The notes beneath the pieces are model-generated. The model made no database searches. It worked only from the letters and a program-made list of their open reading frames with translations, and had not been told where the DNA came from. From the NCBI GenBank assembly GCA_052279835.1, contig CP181291.1, positions 5,088,001 through 5,152,000 on the forward strand: 64,000 bases of DNA, written 5' to 3'. Position numbers and translations under genes: made by a program. Positions 51,739 through 62,427 of the stretch are shown here, piece by piece (position 1 is the stretch's first letter; every line of letters starts with the position of its first letter). The stretch is from Microcoleus sp. (GTDB taxonomy: Bacteria; Cyanobacteriota; Cyanobacteriia; Cyanobacteriales; Microcoleaceae).

Positions 51739-52242
51739 ATGACAGCTATTAGTACATCAAGAGTAGAATCAATCAAACCCCGCTGGCAAGCAATTGTGAT
51801 GGTGGCATTAATTTTCTGGCTAAGTGGGAGCCTGATTATTGATTTAGTAATCATGCCCAGCCTTTACGTTTCTGGAATGATGACCTCTCCCGAATTTGCC
51901 ACGGCCGGAAACTTAATGTTCTGGGGATTTAATCGCGTAGAGTTAATTTGTGCAGCTTTGGCGATGACTGGTTTGATGGTTTTGAGCAATTTATCCAGTG
52001 GCTTTGGCAAGCAAAGCCGCACAGCAATTATCTTATCTTTGGTACTTCTGGCGATCGCCCTGATAGACACCTACGCTCTGACACCACAAATGAGCGCCTT
52101 GGGAATGCAGCTAAATCTGTTCGATGTAGCCGAAGTCCCCACCGGGATGAATCTACTCCACAAAGGTTATTTCGCTTTGGAATCAGTCAAGCTGGCTGTC
52201 GGTGGCGCGCTGCTGAGTTGGTGCTATCAGCATCAAGCTTAA
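51739..52242 (+). CDS. DUF4149-like membrane protein
   Basis: Four TM segments; FNRVEL and LTPQMSALG. Confidence 0.7.
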   Translation: MTAISTSRVESIKPRWQAIVMVALIFWLSGSLIIDLVIMPSLYVSGMMTSPEFATAGNLMFWGFNRVELICAALAMTGLMVLSNLSSGFGKQSRTAIILSLVLLAIALIDTYALTPQMSALGMQLNLFDVAEVPTGMNLLHKGYFALESVKLAVGGALLSWCYQHQA

Positions 52243-52311
52243 TCCACCAAAAACTTCAACTTTCTGATGTCAAAGTCCGCGCAGGCGGACTTTGTTTTTG
52301 TAGTAGCGATT

Positions 52312-52617
52312 TCAATCGCCTAGTCTCTCCGATGCTTCTGGTATCTCGGCTTTGGGCCACAGCAAACGCAAGCCCATCACCGCAAATCCGATCGCCGCCA
52401 TCCCCTTTACCCAGTTTGCCGGCAACACCTCGGCCGTACCTTGGCCCACCACAACACCGATAAAACTCGCCAACAACAGCGCCGATGCTGTGCCGAAAAA
52501 CACAGCCCGTGGCGATTCACAACTGCTACCAAGGGCGATCGCAGCTACCTGACTTTTGTCTCCCAATTCCGACAAAAACACAGTAATAAAACTAATTCCT
52601 AAAAGTTGCCAATCCAT
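52312..52617 (-). CDS. TMEM165/GDT1 (UPF0016) half-transporter
   Basis: ELGDKSQ motif. Confidence 0.9.
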   Translation of the reverse strand: MDWQLLGISFITVFLSELGDKSQVAAIALGSSCESPRAVFFGTASALLLASFIGVVVGQGTAEVLPANWVKGMAAIGFAVMGLRLLWPKAEIPEASERLGD

Positions 52618-52653
52618 GTATTTTCACTAAATCTAGTTTCCGATCGCAGACAA

Positions 52654-53127
52654 TTAACTAATCACTTCCCACAGCAAGATAGCCGAAATCCCTAGCAAAA
52701 TACCTCCGGCTAATCTCTCCAAAGTTCTTGGATCGATCCGACTTGCTAGCCATCTGCCCAGCAACACACCCAACAAACTCGTTGCTACCAAAGCTGAACC
52801 AGCACCGGCAAAAACAATCCAAGGATTGTGAGATTCAGCAGTCATTAACAAAACAGCAATTTGGGTTTTGTCTCCAATTTCTGCCAAAAAAATAGTTACA
52901 AAAGTAGAAGCAAAAATTGCCCAGTGCTTCTGAGTCAGTCCCTTTGGTTCTGGACATAAATCAGAAGTTGAACTCATGGAACAATCCACAGGTTCGGGAG
53001 TGAGTTTGAGAGCAATCTCAGGATTGCTTGTCAGTTTGATTTCTAACTGTGGCGACAAATCGGCATTGGGAGTTGCTGACTCAGAAGCAGACACATTTGG
53101 CGGGACAGAATCAAGTTTCACGGGCAA
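52654..53127 (-). CDS. TMEM165/GDT1 (UPF0016) half-transporter
   Basis: EIGDKTQ motif; paired with the neighbouring half. Start is uncertain. Confidence 0.88.
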   Translation of the reverse strand: MPVKLDSVPPNVSASESATPNADLSPQLEIKLTSNPEIALKLTPEPVDCSMSSTSDLCPEPKGLTQKHWAIFASTFVTIFLAEIGDKTQIAVLLMTAESHNPWIVFAGAGSALVATSLLGVLLGRWLASRIDPRTLERLAGGILLGISAILLWEVIS

Positions 53128-53252
53128 TATTGCTAAAGGTTATTTATTACTTAATTTTGAAGTTAACTTTGACTGCCTGCTTTTTAACAAAGCAGGGTCA
53201 TCTTTTTTTTACAGACTTCAGAAACTAATTTCTGAACTAACTTACTTCCTGG

Positions 53253-53903
53253 CTAAGTGCCGTAAGTTCGATCGCCCGCATCGCCCAACCCAGGTACAAT
53301 AAAGCCCTGCTCGTTGACTATTTCGTCGATCGTCGCCGTGTAGATATTCAAAGTCGGATACTCAGCACTCAGCTTATGCAAAGCCGGAGGAGCAGCCACC
53401 ACAGAAATAATCCGAATCAAGCTCGGATCAACTCCCCGTGAAATCAATTCCTGCATCGTCGCCATAATCGTCCCACCCGTAGCCAGCATCGGCTCGCTAA
53501 TAATCACCCGCGTTTGGGGGTTAAACTGCGCCGGCAACTTGTTTAAATAACAACTTGCTTCCAGTGTCTCCTCATTCCTTACCATACCGAGGTGGTACAC
53601 CGAAGCCAGCGGCACTACCGTCTGAATTCCTTCCAGCAGTGACAGCCCCGCCCGCAAAATCGGCACCACGCATAAGGGAGCTTGCGGATTGATAAACGTC
53701 GCCGGACATTCGCCCAAAGGTGTCTGTACCGTCGTTTCCACTGTCGGCAACCAATCTCGAATTGCTTCGTAGGCTAGCCATCTACCCAATTCTGTCATTG
53801 CAGAACGAAAAAGTACCGATGGGGTGCCACAGTCGCGGGCGACTGCTAGCCAGTGCTTAATTAATGGATGCGGAGGAACGTAAACGCGGAGTTGCAGGGA
53901 CAT
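53253..53903 (-). CDS. upp: Uracil phosphoribosyltransferase
   Basis: HPLIKHWL, VPILRAG, PMLATGG and PGLGDAGDR. Confidence 0.95.
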   Translation of the reverse strand: MSLQLRVYVPPHPLIKHWLAVARDCGTPSVLFRSAMTELGRWLAYEAIRDWLPTVETTVQTPLGECPATFINPQAPLCVVPILRAGLSLLEGIQTVVPLASVYHLGMVRNEETLEASCYLNKLPAQFNPQTRVIISEPMLATGGTIMATMQELISRGVDPSLIRIISVVAAPPALHKLSAEYPTLNIYTATIDEIVNEQGFIVPGLGDAGDRTYGT

Positions 53904-54063
53904 TGGAAAATTTGGGGGATTTTGAAGTTTTTTGCGGTGCGGTCGATCGCGCGATCGCTTGCTCCGTCAACTTATCATACCCCTGAAGTGTATACAAGCC
54001 GTCCCTTAGAGCCCGTGAAACACTCAATTTTTCTCAACTTATTGAACATTTTTATCAAGAGTA

Positions 54064-54092
54064 TTGACATAGTTTAGCAATAAGGCTATATT
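54064..54092 (+). promoter_or_regulatory. Near-consensus sigma70 promoter for the sRNA; AT-rich possible Fur site upstream (~54027-54060)
   Basis: TTGACA-17 nt-TATATT. Confidence 0.75.
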
Positions 54093-54098
54093 GATTTT

Positions 54099-54169
54099 CA
54101 GTGTTCTCCTCTCAAAGGATATGCAGACGGGGGCAGTCGGCAATGGTAGACTGTTCCCGCATTTTTTTT
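54099..54169 (+). ncRNA. isaR1: Iron-stress sRNA IsaR1 homolog
   Basis: The 5' CAGTGTTCTCCTCTCAAAGGAT matches the IsaR1 5' motif as I recall it. It is ~70 nt and ends in hairpin CGGGGGCAGTC..GACTGTTCCCG plus T8. The upp/crtH context is typical for IsaR1. Confidence 0.8.
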
Positions 54170-54170
54170 G

Positions 54171-54210
54171 AAGCCTTGTATAAGGACGGGGCTTTAAACT
54201 CAAATTTCCG
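54171..54210 (-). mobile_element. Isolated IS200/IS605 left-end remnant
   Basis: AAGCC...AAGGACGGGGCTTTAAACTCAAATTTCCG resembles 2531-2573 (AAGCC...AAGGACGGGGTTTTCAACCCAGTTTACTG). Confidence 0.5.
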
Positions 54211-54244
54211 CTAATATTATAAAAATATTAAGATTTTTAACCTA

Positions 54245-55789
54245 ATGCCTGCTCCTACCCAATCCCAGTTATTTTCTGCCAACAGCAGCCCGACAGCACA
54301 AGAGTTTGACGTGATAGTCATTGGTTCTGGCATTGGCGGACTCGTGACTGCAACCCAGCTAGCGGCGAAGAAAGCTAAAGTTCTCGTCCTCGAAAGCTAC
54401 CTGATTCCCGGAGGTAGCGCTGGATATTTTGATCGCGAAGGCTACAGATTTGATGTCGGTGCCTCCATGATTTTCGGCTTCGGAGACCGTGGCACCACCA
54501 ACCTGCTCACCCGCGCCCTAGCAGCAGTCAATGTCAGCCTCGAAACCATTCCCGATCCCATCCAACTTCACTATCACCTACCCGCAGGTCTCGACCTTCA
54601 GGTTCCCCAGTCTTATGAGAAATATTTGCAAGAATTAATTGACAGATTCCCCCAAGAAAAGGCAGGGATTACCAAATTTTACGGCGAATGCTGGAAAGTA
54701 TTCAACTGTCTCAACGCCATGGAATTACTCTCCCTCGAAGAACCGGGATATTTAATGCGAGTCTTTTTCCAAAATCCTTTTGCGTGTTTGGGATTAGTCA
54801 AATATCTACCTCAAAATACTGGCGACATAGCAAGGCGCTACATTAAAGACCCCGTGCTGTTGAAATTCATTGATATGGAATGCTACTACTGGTCCGTAGT
54901 ACCCGCCGACTTGACACCCATGATTAATGCCGGAATGGTATTTTCCGATAGACATTACGGCGGAATTAATTATCCCAAAGGTGGAGTCGGTCAAATCGCC
55001 CAAAAATTAGTCCAAGGATTAGAACAGTGTGGCGGGCAAATTCAATACAAAGCTAAAGTCACAAACATTATTACAGAAAAAGGCCACGCTGTCGGAGTCG
55101 AGTTGGCAACCGGCGAAGTTTATCGGGCCAAGCGCATAGTTTCTAATGCAACGCGGTGGGATACTTTTGAGAAATTGTTACCCGCAGCAGAAATGCCGCC
55201 TAGCGAGAAGAAATGGCAGCAGCGCTATCAAAAAGCTCCCAGTTTCTTGAGTTTGCACTTGGGAGTGGCAGCAGATGTAATCGCTCCGGGTACCGCTTGT
55301 CATCACATTTTATTAGAAGATTGGGAAAAAATGGAAGCACCGGAGGGAACAGTGTTGGTATCAATTCCTACGCTGTTAGACCCAAGTTTAGCACCAGAGG
55401 GCTATCACATTGTTCATGCTTTTACTTCCAGTTGGATAGAAGAGTGGGAAGGGCTTTCGCCGCAGGAATATGAAGATAAAAAAGAAGTCGCAGCAGGTCG
55501 AATTATCGATCGCCTAGAGCAGATTTTTCCCGGTTTAGATGCCGGTTTGGATTATATGGAAGTTGGCACAGCCCGATCGCACCGTCGTTTTTTGAATAGG
55601 CAAGATGGCACCTATGGACCCATTCCCAAACAAAAGCTAATGGGTTTGCTGGGAATGCCGTTTAATCGAACTTCTATGCCCGGTTTGTATTGTGTGGGTG
55701 ATAGTACCTTTCCGGGACAAGGTTTAAATGCTGTGGCGTTTTCGGGGTTTGCTTGTGCCCATCGCATTGCGGTGGATTTGGGGTTGTAG
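54245..55789 (+). CDS. crtH: Carotenoid isomerase CrtH (CrtISO)
   Basis: [27 protein letters not shown] and [17 protein letters not shown]. Confidence 0.93.
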   Translation: MPAPTQSQLFSANSSPTAQEFDVIVIGSGIGGLVTATQLAAKKAKVLVLESYLIPGGSAGYFDREGYRFDVGASMIFGFGDRGTTNLLTRALAAVNVSLETIPDPIQLHYHLPAGLDLQVPQSYEKYLQELIDRFPQEKAGITKFYGECWKVFNCLNAMELLSLEEPGYLMRVFFQNPFACLGLVKYLPQNTGDIARRYIKDPVLLKFIDMECYYWSVVPADLTPMINAGMVFSDRHYGGINYPKGGVGQIAQKLVQGLEQCGGQIQYKAKVTNIITEKGHAVGVELATGEVYRAKRIVSNATRWDTFEKLLPAAEMPPSEKKWQQRYQKAPSFLSLHLGVAADVIAPGTACHHILLEDWEKMEAPEGTVLVSIPTLLDPSLAPEGYHIVHAFTSSWIEEWEGLSPQEYEDKKEVAAGRIIDRLEQIFPGLDAGLDYMEVGTARSHRRFLNRQDGTYGPIPKQKLMGLLGMPFNRTSMPGLYCVGDSTFPGQGLNAVAFSGFACAHRIAVDLGL

Positions 55790-55900
55790 CCGAGAATTGT
55801 GGTAACACAGGTTGCCCGATTCATTTCTCAATCAGAACTTGACCAATCAACTAAAAACCCTATTTCTGAATAGAAATCGGGTTTTTTAACGGAAATTTGG

Positions 55901-56021
55901 GGGTGCATCTGTGTTTTGTAAATATATTCGTAGGGGCGAAGCATGACCGCAGACAATTTATTAGTTATAACCAGAGATTTACTGCGGTCATGCTTCGCCT
56001 ATGCAAAATCGGGATGCTCCC
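55901..56021. mobile_element. MITE-like family D carrying a GTAG-type REP
   Basis: Terminal inverted repeats GGGTGCATC...GATGCTCCC around GTAGGGGCGAAGCATGACCGCAG...CTGCGGTCATGCTTCGCC; second copy at 33743-33866. Confidence 0.75.
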
Positions 56022-56048
56022 AGATTTGGCGGTTAGCATACCACTCAA

Positions 56049-56489
56049 TTACTCATCGTAGCTACCACCAACACCGATTTGGGTATTGTAGATTTTGGCA
56101 TCAGTGATCGTCATATCTTCCATGGATGCGCCGGATACATCTGCGGTGTTAATGATAGCGGCGGTCAAATTTGCCCGATCGAGGTCTGCATCATTTAAAC
56201 TAGCATTTGTCAGGAAAACTGATGTTAAGTTAGCACCAGTCAAGTTAGCACCAGTCAAGTCAGCGCCTTCGAGGTTGGCCTGAGATAGATTTGCTCCTGC
56301 CAAATTGGCTTCTCTCAAATCAGCACCAATTAAATGGGCTTGTCTTAAATCAGCTCCTGACAAGTCGCACTGAAAACACTGCCCTGTCGATAGTAACTGC
56401 TCGACATCAGAAGTACGCTCGGCACGAGCAGGGCTTACCAACAGTAGGGGAGTAACTAAGAGAGTAGCAGCTAACAGATTCAGTTTCAT
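56049..56489 (-). CDS. Exported pentapeptide-repeat protein
   Basis: Signal peptide, CFQCDL and A(D/N)LxG repeats. Confidence 0.9.
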   Translation of the reverse strand: MKLNLLAATLLVTPLLLVSPARAERTSDVEQLLSTGQCFQCDLSGADLRQAHLIGADLREANLAGANLSQANLEGADLTGANLTGANLTSVFLTNASLNDADLDRANLTAAIINTADVSGASMEDMTITDAKIYNTQIGVGGSYDE

Positions 56490-57317
56490 AATGTATGTCT
56501 CCTGGGACGATTTTAGGTTTATAAGTTTTTTTTGTTTATAGCTACCATTTTACCACAGTGGTTTTTGCAAGTTGCGATCGAGTACACAGCCCGGATGTGA
56601 CATGGAACCCGATGCGCGATGGGCGATCGCCCTCTAGTCAGTACCGCAATCTTTGCAAAATTTAACACTACAAAACTTAACAATATGAAATTCGAGCCGG
56701 TGTGAATTTCAGTAGTAACACCTCTAATATTAACGAATGCAAGTAACATTTGCGTCTTTCTACAGATAGATATGAGTGGTGAGGAAAGATGGGATATTAG
56801 AGACTTAATGTTTTTGTTAACTTTCACATCCGATCTGGGAATCAACCCTAACAAATTCTGTAAAAACCAATTACAGTTGGTAATAGCAGTATCCTAGGTG
56901 CTGTTTCGATATCCCAAAGCCAGTGGTAGGTAAAATTAAACTCATTACCATCCCAACCCGCTCCTTTGGTACATAAAAAAGATACACTCTTAATTTCATA
57001 GATATAGCAAGAAACTTCGCCTGCTATCATAGTTGTGCCACCAGCAGGAAACTAGCCACAGCTCAACCAAATCCCGCAGGTGAATGTTTAACAACAAATT
57101 TTAATTAGTTAAAAGTTAGGCACTTACTCCCCCCAACCCTGTTGATTCCTAGATCGATCGCAGCTAAATCTCTAATTTTTCCCAAAAATTGGGTTCCTGA
57201 GTCTAACTCAACCAAATCTAGCCACCGTGAAACCATCTAGATATTACTGGGGTAAGAACTCGCAAGCAGTGCCTTGCTCAAAAGTCCTAAATTCTCTGCG
57301 ATCGCCAAAAATTAAAT

Positions 57318-60300
57318 ATGATAAAAAACCATTCCTCCAAATATCTACCAACCTTAGACCAAGTAATTGACCGCAGCCCCTTGACAGTTGCGCCAAATAC
57401 CCCATTAGCAGAAGTAATTACCCTCATGGGTCAACTACGCGAAAGTTGTCCCCGCGAAACACAAATTCCACCCACAAGTATTTACCACCAACTAACAGAA
57501 ATTACGCATCCCCTCACACCCGCAGACCCACTCCGAGATACCAGAAGTGGCTGCGTCTTTGTCGTCGCCAAATTGAAAGAAACTTGCTCTTGGGATGCCG
57601 ATCGCATTTCTCCATTGCAAGGACTATTTACCGAGAGAGACCTGGTAGATTTGATTGCTTCAGGCAAAAACTTAAAAGCTGTCACCATCGCCGAAGTAAT
57701 GAAACAGCCCATAGCAACTCTGACAAAATCCGAAGCTCAAGACATTTTCAGCGCCCTAATTTTACTTCGTCAATACAAAATTCAGCATTTACCAATATTG
57801 GACAATGACGGTCAACTTTTAGGAGTAATTACCCCCGAAAGCATTCGCCAAGCCATGTTGCAACCGGCCAATATTTTAAAAATGTCCCAAGTCAAAGAAG
57901 TAATGACAACTCAAGTCATTCAAGCCCCGGTAACTGCTTCAGTGATGAGTTTAGCGGAGTTGATGGCGCAACACCGCGTTAGCTGCGTCGTCATTACAGA
58001 AACAGAATTATCTAGAAATTGGGAATTGCCAATTCCGGTAGGCATCGTCACAGAACGGGATATGGTAGAATTTCAAGCCCTAGAAATAGATTTATCCCAA
58101 ACGATCGCCCAAACAGTCATGAGTACCCCCTTGTTTTGTCTCAAACCAGAAGACTCCCTGTGGGTAGCTCATCGGGAAATGCAGCAACGCTTAGTCCGCA
58201 GGTTGGTTGTCACCGGAGAACAGGGAGAACTTCAGGGCATAGTTACCCAAAGTAGTTTACTCCGAGCACTAGACCCAATGGAAATGTCAGGGGCGATCGA
58301 TGTGCTCCACGATTCGGTGCAAACACAAACTCACAAATTGCAAAAAGCCATCGCCTCCCTCAGCTTAACCAACGCCCAACTAGAAAGCGAAATCGCCACC
58401 CGCATCAAAGCCGAGGCCAGGCTACATCTTTTAGAATCAGCCGTAGTCAACGCTAACGACGCGATCGTGATTATGGATGCCGGACACAGCGATATCTCTG
58501 ACCCCACCATCATCTACACCAACGAAGCTTTTACCCAAATGACGGGCTATCTACCCACAGAAATCATCGGACAAACGCCCAGTTGCTTGCGTGGCCCAGA
58601 AAGCGACCCAGCCCAAGTAGCCAAAATTCGCCGCGCTTTCTCTCGCCGCGAACCTCTGCGCTTGGAATTGATTAACTACCGCAAAGATGGTTCGACTTAT
58701 TGGGTGGAACTCAACAGCGTACCCATTGCCGAAGCGTCGGGGAAAGTGACACACTGGGTGTCTGTACAGCGCAATATTAGCGATCGCAAGCGGCTGGAAC
58801 AAGCATTTTTTCAAGAAAAAGAACTCGCTCAAGTTACTTTACAGTCGATCGGCGATGCCGTAATTACCACAGATGCTAGTGGCTACATTTCCACCCTCAA
58901 CCCTGTGGCTGAAAAAATCACCGGTTGGTCAACCTGCGAAGCCAAAGGTTTGCCCCTAGCAATGGTGCTCAGCATAGTTGACGAAACTACCCGGATGTCG
59001 ATCGCAAATATCGCTGACATCGCTTTGTCCCAAGGTCAAATTGTAGACAAAGGACAAAACAGCTTGTTAATTGCCCGCAACAACCGCGAATTTGCGATCG
59101 ACTATTGCGTCGCCCCCATCCACGCCAGCGATAGCGAAATCATCGGTGCCGTCGTGGTGTTCCGAGACGTCACTCAAGTGCGAACTCAAGCGCGACAATT
59201 AACTTGGCAAGCAACTCACGACTCCCTGACGCAATTAGTCAACCGCCGCGAATTTGAATACCAGTTAGAATACGCCCTCCACAGGACTCTAGGTTACGGC
59301 CAAGAACACGTCATGCTGTACCTAGATCTCGATCGCTTCAAAATAGTCAACGACACCTGCGGCCATATGGCTGGCGATGAATTACTTCGTCAAGTCAGTC
59401 AGCTATTTAAAAATAATATCCGCAAAACCGATATTTTAGCCCGTCTCGGTGGCGATGAGTTTGCCGTACTCCTGTACGAATGTTCAGCCGAAAAGGGATT
59501 GGAAGTAGCAGAATCCCTCTTAAATTGCATTGAAGGGTTCCGGTTTGGATGGCTAGACAAAACTTTTTCTATTGGTGTCAGTATTGGTTTAGTTGCCATT
59601 AATCACAAGACACCATCGGCCTCTGGAATTTTGATCGCCGCCGATATCGCCTGTTATGCTGCTAAAAATAAAGGTCGCCATCGGGTGCAGGTTTATCGAT
59701 CGGGCGATCGGGAATTGCTCAAGCAACACGGCGAAACCCAATGGGTAGTGCAAATCAATCAAGCCCTAGAAGATAATCGTTTCTGCTTGTATTCTCAGCC
59801 GATCGTACATTTGCTACACCCTCAAACCACAGGAGTTCACTGCGAAATCCTACTGCGTCTCCAGCTTGAAAGCGGCCAGTTAGTCTCGCCCATGGCGTTT
59901 ATTCCCGCGGCCGAACGATACAATTTAATGAACGCGATCGACCGCTGGGTCCTCCGTACTTTATTTACCAATTTGTCACAAGTTTTTGGTCCAAATTCCT
60001 TAGCCCAGAACCAAAGCGCCCACAGCCAGCCCATCGCCACTTTGCCTGCTTGTTGTGCCATGCCTAACTTGCGGTCATCGATTAGTAACTATGCTAGCCT
60101 GTATGCTCTTAACCTTTCTGGTGCTAGCATCAACGAAGAACGGTTTATTGAATTTATTTACGAGCAGTTTTCCATCCACCAAATCCCCCCGGAAATCATT
60201 TGTTTTGAAATTACAGAAACCGTGGCGATCGCGAATCTCAGCAAAGCAGCTAGTTTAATTTCTAAACTCAAAGGACTGGGATGTCAGTTTGCCTTAGATG

Positions 60301-60644
60301 ACTTTGGTAGCGGGATGTCTTCCTTTGCTTATCTAAAAAGTTTGCCCGTTGATTATATTAAAATCGACGGCAATTTCATTAAAAATATTGTCAACAATGA
60401 AGTTGATATTGCGATGGTGGAATCCATCACAAAAATTGCTCATGTGATGGGAATTACCACTATAGCTGAGTATGTGGAAAATGAAGAAATTATGGAAAAA
60501 CTCAAAGAACTGGGAGTTGATTATGGTCAAGGTTATTTTTTGGGAAGACCTCAACTTTGTAATTTAAAAACTCTAAATTTACAGGAAGTTTTGGAAGAAG
60601 TTACTGTAAATTCTTTGGATTTGAAAACTCAGATAGCTTCTTGA
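57318..60644 (+). CDS. CBS(x4)-PAS-PAS-GGDEF-EAL c-di-GMP signalling protein
   Basis: NYRKDGS PAS motif, RKTD I-site plus GGDEF, EIL and DDFGSG. Confidence 0.93.
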   Translation: MIKNHSSKYLPTLDQVIDRSPLTVAPNTPLAEVITLMGQLRESCPRETQIPPTSIYHQLTEITHPLTPADPLRDTRSGCVFVVAKLKETCSWDADRISPLQGLFTERDLVDLIASGKNLKAVTIAEVMKQPIATLTKSEAQDIFSALILLRQYKIQHLPILDNDGQLLGVITPESIRQAMLQPANILKMSQVKEVMTTQVIQAPVTASVMSLAELMAQHRVSCVVITETELSRNWELPIPVGIVTERDMVEFQALEIDLSQTIAQTVMSTPLFCLKPEDSLWVAHREMQQRLVRRLVVTGEQGELQGIVTQSSLLRALDPMEMSGAIDVLHDSVQTQTHKLQKAIASLSLTNAQLESEIATRIKAEARLHLLESAVVNANDAIVIMDAGHSDISDPTIIYTNEAFTQMTGYLPTEIIGQTPSCLRGPESDPAQVAKIRRAFSRREPLRLELINYRKDGSTYWVELNSVPIAEASGKVTHWVSVQRNISDRKRLEQAFFQEKELAQVTLQSIGDAVITTDASGYISTLNPVAEKITGWSTCEAKGLPLAMVLSIVDETTRMSIANIADIALSQGQIVDKGQNSLLIARNNREFAIDYCVAPIHASDSEIIGAVVVFRDVTQVRTQARQLTWQATHDSLTQLVNRREFEYQLEYALHRTLGYGQEHVMLYLDLDRFKIVNDTCGHMAGDELLRQVSQLFKNNIRKTDILARLGGDEFAVLLYECSAEKGLEVAESLLNCIEGFRFGWLDKTFSIGVSIGLVAINHKTPSASGILIAADIACYAAKNKGRHRVQVYRSGDRELLKQHGETQWVVQINQALEDNRFCLYSQPIVHLLHPQTTGVHCEILLRLQLESGQLVSPMAFIPAAERYNLMNAIDRWVLRTLFTNLSQVFGPNSLAQNQSAHSQPIATLPACCAMPNLRSSISNYASLYALNLSGASINEERFIEFIYEQFSIHQIPPEIICFEITETVAIANLSKAASLISKLKGLGCQFALDDFGSGMSSFAYLKSLPVDYIKIDGNFIKNIVNNEVDIAMVESITKIAHVMGITTIAEYVENEEIMEKLKELGVDYGQGYFLGRPQLCNLKTLNLQEVLEEVTVNSLDLKTQIAS

Positions 60645-60757
60645 AAAGTCCTTGGTCATTAGTCATTAGTTATTGGCGGCATCCGCTCAGATTCATCGAA
60701 GAATCCAAAGACAAGGCGCGCAGCAAATAACCAATAACAAATAACCAATAACTAGCT

Positions 60758-60991
60758 TCAACCCTCAACAATAGTTTCCACAGCTTCAATATACTGACTG
60801 TCTAGGAGGAAAGCACCTTTTTCAAAACGAATTCCCCAATAATTGCCAGGATGCCGATCGACTACAATACCCTCATCGCCGATCGCAATTACATTCGCCG
60901 GCCGCAGCATCGGCATCCGTTCGGCAGTTTTTACGTAGGGTGGCATCGCTACAACTCGCACTTTTTGACCGACAGTAAATTCTTTTTCCAT
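60758..60991 (-). CDS. sipA: NblS/Hik33-interacting protein SipA (DUF3148)
   Basis: PPYVKTA..MPMLRP and WGIRFEKGAFLLDSQY. Confidence 0.85.
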   Translation of the reverse strand: MEKEFTVGQKVRVVAMPPYVKTAERMPMLRPANVIAIGDEGIVVDRHPGNYWGIRFEKGAFLLDSQYIEAVETIVEG

Positions 60992-61031
60992 GAGTTTTTT
61001 TTCCTTTGACAATCTGGTGATTTGAGTAGTA

Positions 61032-61165
61032 ATATCAATTCCGGTTGTATTGGAATGATTTAACCGCGAAGGCGCTAAGGACGACCCCCCCCTGCCCCCC
61101 CCAAGGGGGGAAAGAGGAAGAGAAGAGAGAGTTTAATACAGGAAGATGAAGACAGGATTTTATAT
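61032..61165. mobile_element. MITE-like family E copy interrupted by a family B element (61085-61110)
   Basis: Aligns with 26912-27017 apart from an inserted C8-TG-C8-AA-G6. Confidence 0.75.
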
Positions 61166-61189
61166 AACTTTAGTATTTTATGCAACTGT

Positions 61190-61616
61190 TTATTTTAAAT
61201 ACTCCTGCAACAACTTCCAAGCCATTTGAGTCCCCTCCCCTGCGTTTACTTTCCCAAAATCTACATCTTTTCTCAAAACCACAAAACCCACACCTTCTTT
61301 GATTTCTATGTCCTCGAAATTGCTAACTCTCGCCAAAAACAAGTGATTTTGTTGTATAATTTGGGGATTTTTTTTGGTCTTAGGGTGAATAAAAGTTGCG
61401 ATAAATTCCATGGTGTAATTGGTTTGGAGGCAAGTTTCTTCCTCCAGTTTCTCGCACTGCTGCTTGCTTTGGACTTTCTCCAAGGTCTACGGCACCTCCA
61501 AAAGTAGACAGCATCCCTTGACTTGCAATACCTGGAATATTATCTCGCAGTTGTGCCACAATCTGACCGTTCGGGAGCATGAGAAAAATACGAACAATTG
61601 ACTGAGGAATATTCAT
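61190..61616 (-). CDS. NUDIX hydrolase with a +1 frameshift at ~61449
   Basis: QLRD..PG...FGGAVDLGESPKQAAVRE|LEEET. The Nudix box is restored by deleting one base in CGAGAAACTGGAG, giving 141 aa. Confidence 0.82.
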
Positions 61617-61823
61617 ATTCGATGTGTTTGAGATTGAGATTGAGTCCTGGGCTAGGTTTGCACAAGTGACTAACGGCGATCGCTCGTCCTGCTTCTCTAT
61701 CCCTGTCATACTAATCCTAATTTTTGGACCGATCGCGCATAACACCGATACCGATCGCGCTACAATTGTCAATCGGGATAAAAACGGCAGATATAGCCGA
61801 TCTAAAAGTAGGGGATAGTTGGT

Positions 61824-62255
61824 ATGGCTACAAGTCGTCGCATAGAGCGCGTAGCTTCAATGATTAAACGCGAAGTCAGCCTCATGTTGCTCAACGGCAT
61901 TAAGGACGATCGAGTAGGTGCCGGTATGGTTAGCGTCACCGAAGTAATTGTTTCGGGAGACCTTCAGCACACAAAAATCTTTGTCAGCATTTATGGTAAT
62001 GATGAGGCGAAAGCCGAGACCATGGAAGGTTTAAAATCCGCTACTAGCTACGTCCGCAACCAGTTGGGCCAAAGGATGCAACTGCGCCGCACACCAGAAG
62101 TCACCTTTCTCGAAGACCGCTCCCTAGAACGAGGTGATAAAATGTTAATACTGTTGAATCAGCTTTCGGCCAATCGCAAACCGGATCTAGAAGATTCAGA
62201 TGCAGAATTCAGCGACGATGAAATTGACGATACAGACGATGCAGATGAGGATTAG
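61824..62255 (+). CDS. rbfA: Ribosome-binding factor A
   Basis: [19 protein letters not shown] and LRRTPEV. Confidence 0.95.
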   Translation: MATSRRIERVASMIKREVSLMLLNGIKDDRVGAGMVSVTEVIVSGDLQHTKIFVSIYGNDEAKAETMEGLKSATSYVRNQLGQRMQLRRTPEVTFLEDRSLERGDKMLILLNQLSANRKPDLEDSDAEFSDDEIDDTDDADED

Positions 62256-62277
62256 TATTTAACTGGTTTTAACTTAA

Positions 62278-62396
62278 CTGGTTCCCTGGCTCTGCCTGGG
62301 AACCGAGATCCAGAGGCTCTGCCTCCTAAGATCCTCCCAGCAAGCAATATCAGGAAATAAGGAGGCTCTGCCTCCCCGCACACATTCCCAGGAAAC
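62278..62396. repeat. REP-like family C copy
   Basis: GGTTCCCTGGCTCTGCCTGGGAACC...GAGGCTCTGCCTCC. Confidence 0.7.
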
Positions 62397-62427
62397 AAGT
62401 AAACCAATAACCAGTTAGCAATTTCCC

